A stretch of 49,776 nt of DNA from positions 1-49,776 of the forward strand of contig CAZBQI010000006.1 in NCBI GenBank assembly GCA_964494105.1, read 5' to 3'. The DNA comes from an uncultured Candidatus Saccharibacteria bacterium. Lineage in GTDB: Bacteria > Patescibacteriota > Saccharimonadia > CAZBQI01. Below the pieces are notes generated by a model, which saw only the letters and a program-made list of their open reading frames with translations, was not told where the DNA came from and did not search any database. Positions 45,057 through 49,776 of this stretch are shown in pieces (position 1 is the stretch's first letter; each line of letters begins with the position of its first letter). A program made the position numbers and the translations under genes.

Positions 45057-46367
45057 GTGGATGAATTAACACAAAAAGCAGTGTCTGTTTTAAAAGCGAA
45101 TGATCGTGGGAGTTACACTGTGCCCTCACCAAAACTCTACCCACACCAATGGCTGTGGGATTCGTGCTTTATCGCTATTGGTCTGCGTCATCTTGACGCA
45201 CGTCGGGCTGCTACAGAGATTGAATCGCTGTTCCGTGGCCAGTGGCAAAACGGCATGCTCCCACACATTACCCTCCGTGAGGATTCCAGTTACTGGGCCG
45301 GGGCTGGCTTTTGGCAGTCCGATGTCTCGCCAGTAGCACCTAAAGACGTTGCTACCTCCGGCATCACCCAGCCACCGGTGGTTGCAATTGCTGCGGAAAA
45401 AGTTGCCCAAAAGCTGCCAGAGGCCGAGGCCCACGTGTTTTTAAAACAGCTTTTCCCTAAACTTCTTGCCTACCATAACTGGCTGTACCGCGACCGAGAT
45501 CCTGAAAGTAGCGGTCTGATTGTGCTAGTTAATGCCTGGGAATGCGGTTTTGATAACACCCCGCCGTGGATGCGTACTATTCGTTGGATGTCGCCCTTAT
45601 GGATATCAACTCTACTAAAAATGCGCCTGGATGGTATTCTTACTAAGCGAAGGCAAGATACTAAAACCGTTCCACCGGAACAACGCATTACCAATATTGA
45701 AGCACTGAAACTAGCCCACCTCGCCTACCTCCACCGCCAGAACGGTTACGACTCACGAAGAACCATTGCGACCAGCCGCTATTGCGTTGAGGATGTTGGG
45801 TTCAATTCAATCCTGATTGCCGCCAATAAAGCGCTCGTGCGCATTGCCAATGAGATTTCCGAAGACATTCCTAGCGATCTGAGCTATCGTTTTACCCAAA
45901 CCGAGAAAGCCTTGGAGCAGCTATGGGATGAAAATAGCAGCATGTATTGTTCACGTAATTTCAGCAGCAAGAAGCTTCTACGCCAGCCAACTATATCGGG
46001 GTTACTCCCGCTTTTTAGTGGTGCCATTTCAAAAGAACGAGCTGATAAGCTCGTTCTTACTCTTTCCAATAAAGAACAGTTTGGTGCCAACTTCCCCATT
46101 CCAACTGTACCTACATCTTCACGATATTTTAAAGAGAAATGCTACTGGCAAGGACCCGCCTGGATAAATGCCAATTGGATGATCACACAAGGCCTGAAAG
46201 AGTACGGACATATTGAAAAAACCAATGAAATTAGGCAAAAGAGCCTTCAGCTAGTGAACAACAACGGCTGTTATGAGTACTTTTCCGCACTTAGCGGTAA
46301 GCCACTTGGCGCTAGCGACTTTAGCTGGACTGCAGCACTTATAATTGACTTAATGAAGTCCGACTAG
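45057..46367 (+). CDS. GH63-type glycoside hydrolase (glucosylglycerate/mannosylglycerate hydrolase-like)
   Basis: YPHQWLWDSCF, QWQNGMLPH, WECGFDNTP, YWQGPAWINANW, FSWTAAL; start placed at GTG 45057, 7 nt after TATACT. Confidence 0.88.
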   Translation: MDELTQKAVSVLKANDRGSYTVPSPKLYPHQWLWDSCFIAIGLRHLDARRAATEIESLFRGQWQNGMLPHITLREDSSYWAGAGFWQSDVSPVAPKDVATSGITQPPVVAIAAEKVAQKLPEAEAHVFLKQLFPKLLAYHNWLYRDRDPESSGLIVLVNAWECGFDNTPPWMRTIRWMSPLWISTLLKMRLDGILTKRRQDTKTVPPEQRITNIEALKLAHLAYLHRQNGYDSRRTIATSRYCVEDVGFNSILIAANKALVRIANEISEDIPSDLSYRFTQTEKALEQLWDENSSMYCSRNFSSKKLLRQPTISGLLPLFSGAISKERADKLVLTLSNKEQFGANFPIPTVPTSSRYFKEKCYWQGPAWINANWMITQGLKEYGHIEKTNEIRQKSLQLVNNNGCYEYFSALSGKPLGASDFSWTAALIIDLMKSD

Positions 46368-46385
46368 TTTAATTATTATGCAAAA

Positions 46386-46946
46386 TTAAGCAACGGTAGC
46401 ATTTGCCGGCTCGAAACTATCATTTTGAACAACAAGCAGATCCAAATCACTAGTAGTAGGGTGTATTTTGGCAACAACGCTGTGATTGCCAATAAGCTCA
46501 AATATTATAGCCGTTTCACCGAGTTCAATTTGCCCATCACTATTAAGCAAGTCTGCGTTTATGTCACCTTCACCAAGCGCACTGTATAAATGCTTAAGAA
46601 ATCGATGAGTATCCTCGTTTCTTGCTAATTGACCTTCTTTTATTCCGTCGTCGCTTGGAAAATGCACAACGCCAATGCCAGTTTGACCATTGAATTCGCC
46701 TGTGCCAACATGCTCAACTACTTGCCGTACCATACTTAATGCATATTCGGGCTCATGATAATACGCTCGGGCAAGAGCGCCCGATACGACATCAATTAGA
46801 CGTACTAAACCATCCCGAACCTCATCAGATTCAGTACTCAACAAGAACTCATCGAGCTCTACGTGCATCGAATCACCAATAACACTGGCATTCCACTCAA
46901 CAAAATGCTCATGATAATTTATAGCTGGCTGCAGATTTTCTGGCAT
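46386..46946 (-). CDS. Hypothetical acidic protein
   Basis: 186-aa ORF with SD AGAGGA and a consensus promoter; no family recognised. Confidence 0.75.
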   Translation of the reverse strand: MPENLQPAINYHEHFVEWNASVIGDSMHVELDEFLLSTESDEVRDGLVRLIDVVSGALARAYYHEPEYALSMVRQVVEHVGTGEFNGQTGIGVVHFPSDDGIKEGQLARNEDTHRFLKHLYSALGEGDINADLLNSDGQIELGETAIIFELIGNHSVVAKIHPTTSDLDLLVVQNDSFEPANATVA

Positions 46947-46977
46947 TTATTCCTCTGTGATCACTTAATATAACGAT

Positions 46978-47006
46978 ATTATAACAGCTATTTGTAGTTG
47001 TTGCAA
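46978..47006 (-). promoter_or_regulatory. sigma70-type promoter for the 186-aa orphan
   Basis: TTGCAA (47006-47001), 17 bp, TATAAT (46983-46978). Confidence 0.75.
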
Positions 47007-47040
47007 TATTGTATTTTATTAGAATCTATATAATGTAGGT

Positions 47041-48276
47041 TTAACTTAGTGATCGTATAAATTTCAAATCATCACAAATCAGCCTAGGCATTAAAAAGTG
47101 CTCCTTCACATAGTCATGACCATATTTACCCATTGCTTTGGCTTTGGCCGGGTTGTTTACAAGCTCTACCATGTATTTAGCGGTTTCTTCGACATTTTTA
47201 ACCAAATAGCCACTTTTTCCGTGCTTAATTTGTTCGGGAATTCCACCAATATTACTGCCAACCACCGGGGTACCAGCCCATAACGCTTCCGTTACAGTTA
47301 ATCCGAAACCCTCACGCAGGGATTTTTGGATAACAACGTTCGCCTGTGTCTGAAAAGCGTGTACTTCGTGGGCATAGGCCCGACCGGCAATAATAAAAAC
47401 ATCCTTGTGCCCAGCTGTTGCTTCATTAATTGCCTGTAACATATGGGCAGCGTCTCTAGGCGTATCAGCCGGTAACGCTCCAACTAGCGCCAACTGCAGA
47501 TTAGGAATTTCTTGCTGGGCCAGCTTCCACGCCATTATTACACCCAGTGGATCTTTCCACTGATCAAAGCGTGATATCTGCACGGCCAAGGGCTTTGAGG
47601 TATCTATACCAAAGCTCGCTACAATCTGTTGGCATACCTTAGCCGAAAGTTTTTGGTTCTTCGAGCTGAGCGGATCAATTGCCACCGGTATTATAGCGGT
47701 ATTTTTGTGTTCCAAGCCGGGAATAGCGTATTTTTTTAACGTATATATTAGCCCGTCATACGGCCTAAGCAGTTCACTAAATTTTGCCGTTAAATCACGA
47801 GTTGCATGCTTACTATCGATATGACAACGCCAAATCCATTTTGACTTTTGATTCTCACTCAAAAAAGATAACGCAGCGGCAGGCTGAGGATCGTGGATAA
47901 AGATATAATCGTAGGGTGCATCAGCTAAATCTTTGGCTATCTGCCGATTAACACTTAGGTATAAACTCCACTGCGATTCAGATATTTTGCTCTCGTCTCC
48001 CTGTAATCCATCGTGTATTCGCTTTGTAGTCGCAAAGAATTCCGGACTGGCATTTAATACTTTCCAGTCCGCTTTTAATCCCAAATCGCGAAGAAGAGCT
48101 ACCTCGGAGCGTAGGATTTCATCAACCCCTCCGCCGTGCGCAATAGAATTAATATGTAAAATTCGTTTGCCCTTAAGTTGCTTGGCTAGCTCTTTTACCT
48201 CTGTATATAGTTTTGCACCTATAATTTCCTGATAGTTATCGAAGCGTTTTGGTTTTAGCGTAACTGTTTTAAGCAT
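47041..48276 (-). CDS. treT: Trehalose synthase TreT-like glycosyltransferase (GT4)
   Basis: HINSIAHGGGVDEIL, IHDPQP, WRCHID, SRFDQWKD, QKSLREGFGLTVTEALW. Confidence 0.88.
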   Translation of the reverse strand: MLKTVTLKPKRFDNYQEIIGAKLYTEVKELAKQLKGKRILHINSIAHGGGVDEILRSEVALLRDLGLKADWKVLNASPEFFATTKRIHDGLQGDESKISESQWSLYLSVNRQIAKDLADAPYDYIFIHDPQPAAALSFLSENQKSKWIWRCHIDSKHATRDLTAKFSELLRPYDGLIYTLKKYAIPGLEHKNTAIIPVAIDPLSSKNQKLSAKVCQQIVASFGIDTSKPLAVQISRFDQWKDPLGVIMAWKLAQQEIPNLQLALVGALPADTPRDAAHMLQAINEATAGHKDVFIIAGRAYAHEVHAFQTQANVVIQKSLREGFGLTVTEALWAGTPVVGSNIGGIPEQIKHGKSGYLVKNVEETAKYMVELVNNPAKAKAMGKYGHDYVKEHFLMPRLICDDLKFIRSLS

Positions 48277-48284
48277 ACACTTCA

Positions 48285-48312
48285 GTATCAAGTATTATGT
48301 ATCACGTATCAA
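48285..48312. repeat. Four tandem heptads upstream of treT
   Basis: GTATCAA GTATTAT GTATCAC GTATCAA. Confidence 0.7.
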
Positions 48313-48363
48313 GCATTCTGAATTCGGGTTCACTACTTTCCGCTTACTACTTAGCTACTAAAA

Positions 48364-48681
48364 TTACGAGATATTCGTAATTTTGATGCGGGTGTATTTT
48401 TGGCGGTGGCCGGTTTTTACATTTACACGCTTTTTCGCTTTGTAGCGAAGAACGTGGATTTTATCGCCCTTAACGGATGGCTCAACAACTTCAGCCTTAA
48501 CAGAAACGCCTTTGACTGTGGGCTGACCAACTTCTACTTTTTTATCATCAAAAGCCAGCAGTGGCTCAAAGTTTAATGAATCTTTTCCGGCAGCTGCCGG
48601 ATCAAGAAGTTCAACATCTAGCTCTTGGCCAGACTCAACCAAATATTGCTTTCCACCGGTTTCGATTACTGCATATTTCAT
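48364..48681 (-). CDS. rplU: 50S ribosomal protein L21
   Basis: MKYAVIETGGKQYLV, GHRQKYTRIKI. Confidence 0.98.
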   Translation of the reverse strand: MKYAVIETGGKQYLVESGQELDVELLDPAAAGKDSLNFEPLLAFDDKKVEVGQPTVKGVSVKAEVVEPSVKGDKIHVLRYKAKKRVNVKTGHRQKYTRIKITNIS

Positions 48682-48689
48682 AGTGTTTT

Positions 48690-48698
48690 ATTGTAACA
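48690..48698 (-). promoter_or_regulatory. Extended -10 promoter for rplU (leaderless-type)
   Basis: TGtTACAAT ends 8 nt before the ATG. Confidence 0.6.
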
Positions 48699-48788
48699 CA
48701 TCAGAGGTTATCGGCAACTTTTAATGGCAAGAAATTTCTATTTCTTCTCTGCCCTTACTTCTGTAGGCAAAAGTATCAATGATTTTTA

Positions 48789-49158
48789 TTAAATCTACTT
48801 TATAACCAAAGTAGCCAAAGTTTCCAGCTAGGACGAAAACTCTATCTACATTAGCAATCATTCACTACAGGAATCTGCGGAACTCCTCACATGCGCTCGT
48901 CAAACAGTCCTCGATTCTTGTTGTTCATTCAAATAATCTAGATCGGTTTTCTTTATAGCTGGAGAATAATTAGTTAAATCCGAGTATTGGAGAATGCAGA
49001 GGGAAGAGGGTTTAATTTTAGCGAATGAAGCTGAGGACTGTGTGATGCGCCTTAGGCGCAGAGTTCCGCAAGCTCGTTAAAATTAAACCATTGACCATCT
49101 GTAATTCGACCTACTCGGTCGCTTTTGTTACTTTTGGCGACAAAAGTAATTTAATAAA
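48789..49158 (+). repeat. Modular palindromic interspersed repeat, copy 3 (longest, two REP-like cores in opposite orientation)
   Basis: Module 48823-48963 matches copy 1; an inverted core near 49033-49070 lies inside a 16-bp stem (49009-49024/49075-49090); shared right-end hairpin. Confidence 0.9.
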
Positions 49159-49194
49159 GAGAATTTGCTGACAAAAGTAGTTTTAGAAAAGAAA

Positions 49195-49767
49195 CTACTG
49201 TTTTACTGATACTGTTTTGGTATTGTGTTGGGTTGCCAGTGCATACAGCCCAAAGAAAGCACCCGTATAAAATAAGTCGCCAAGTAGCGTCCAGCGGAAG
49301 AATGGCAACGCCATTATGTAACTTTGGGCCAGCCCGGCTAAATTTGGCGCATACATTCCGGCAGCCCAGACGCCAAAGTTGGTGATTATAAAGAACTGAA
49401 TTGAGGCAAAAATCGCAGCAGCAGCTGTATTCCCTAAATTCTGATGTCGCTTGAGCCACCAGCCAATGACGGCCGAAAGCACAAAACTACCCCACACGTA
49501 GATGGTTGTTGAATGAGCCAACTGCAAGGGTGAGTAGAATTGATCAAACGTAAATAACTGGGAACTAAAGGGACGCACATATAGCAGTAGATAATCTGAC
49601 ACCACCATCACCAGCAGTGGTATAGCTATGGCCCAACGCTTGCTTAAATACACGCCGGCGAAAAGGGCCGTTGCTGTAATTGGCGCAAAATTTGGCACGT
49701 GCGGGACCAACCGCAGTAGTATACCGCCGATTATGATCGCCCAAATTAACGTTTTGTTCTCTCTCAT
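49195..49767 (-). CDS. DUF6580-family putative ECF-type transporter S component
   Basis: LRLVPHVPNFAPITATALFAG, FFIITNFGVW, ALPFFRWTLLGDLFY. Confidence 0.85.
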   Translation of the reverse strand: MRENKTLIWAIIIGGILLRLVPHVPNFAPITATALFAGVYLSKRWAIAIPLLVMVVSDYLLLYVRPFSSQLFTFDQFYSPLQLAHSTTIYVWGSFVLSAVIGWWLKRHQNLGNTAAAAIFASIQFFIITNFGVWAAGMYAPNLAGLAQSYIMALPFFRWTLLGDLFYTGAFFGLYALATQHNTKTVSVKQ

Positions 49768-49776
49768 TGCTTTCCC

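Noticed and set aside
48965-49120. Structured region as a tRNA or known riboswitch
   Set aside because: No cloverleaf, T-loop (GTTCRA) or recognisable aptamer; it is explained by the repeat modules.
4152-49158. Shared repeats as a CRISPR array
   Set aside because: Copies are dispersed tens of kb apart, with no repeat-spacer periodicity and no cas genes.
49151-49459. 102-aa minus-strand ORF overlapping the DUF6580 gene
   Set aside because: Alternative frame of a recognisable membrane-protein gene that runs into the repeat element.

Overview
Mostly minus-strand window from a small-genome bacterium, most consistent with Patescibacteria/CPR and probably Saccharimonadia-like. That placement comes from recognising protein families by eye, with no database search: class I LysRS, short ProRS, a Saccharibacteria-type PKD surface protein and a stripped rpsB-tsf-frr-uppS-rseP-proS cluster. 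The genetic code is standard, since TGA stops overlap downstream ATGs. The housekeeping backbone is murD, secA-hpf-serS-lysK-greA, mreBCD-mrdA, translation genes, prfA-prmC, htrA, LCP, lepB, parAB and rplU. It is interleaved with acidic orphan genes, several of which have their own near-consensus sigma70 promoters. Most notable observations: (1) a 1927-aa protein with TPR-like helices followed by ADP-ribosyltransferase-like, HipA/CtkA-like kinase and HD domains; (2) a P-loop kinase gene between prfA and prmC broken by a T7 slippery run just before a TAA stop, which could be a release-factor-sensing frameshift or simply an indel; (3) an unannotated Pro-containing leader peptide with 1:2/2:3/3:4 attenuator geometry ahead of a 2OG-Fe(II) oxygenase and csaA; (4) three copies of a nested, modular palindromic repeat with compensatory base changes; (5) a perfect 11-bp inverted repeat over the parA promoter and Shine-Dalgarno. 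No rRNA, tRNA, CRISPR array or transposase was seen.
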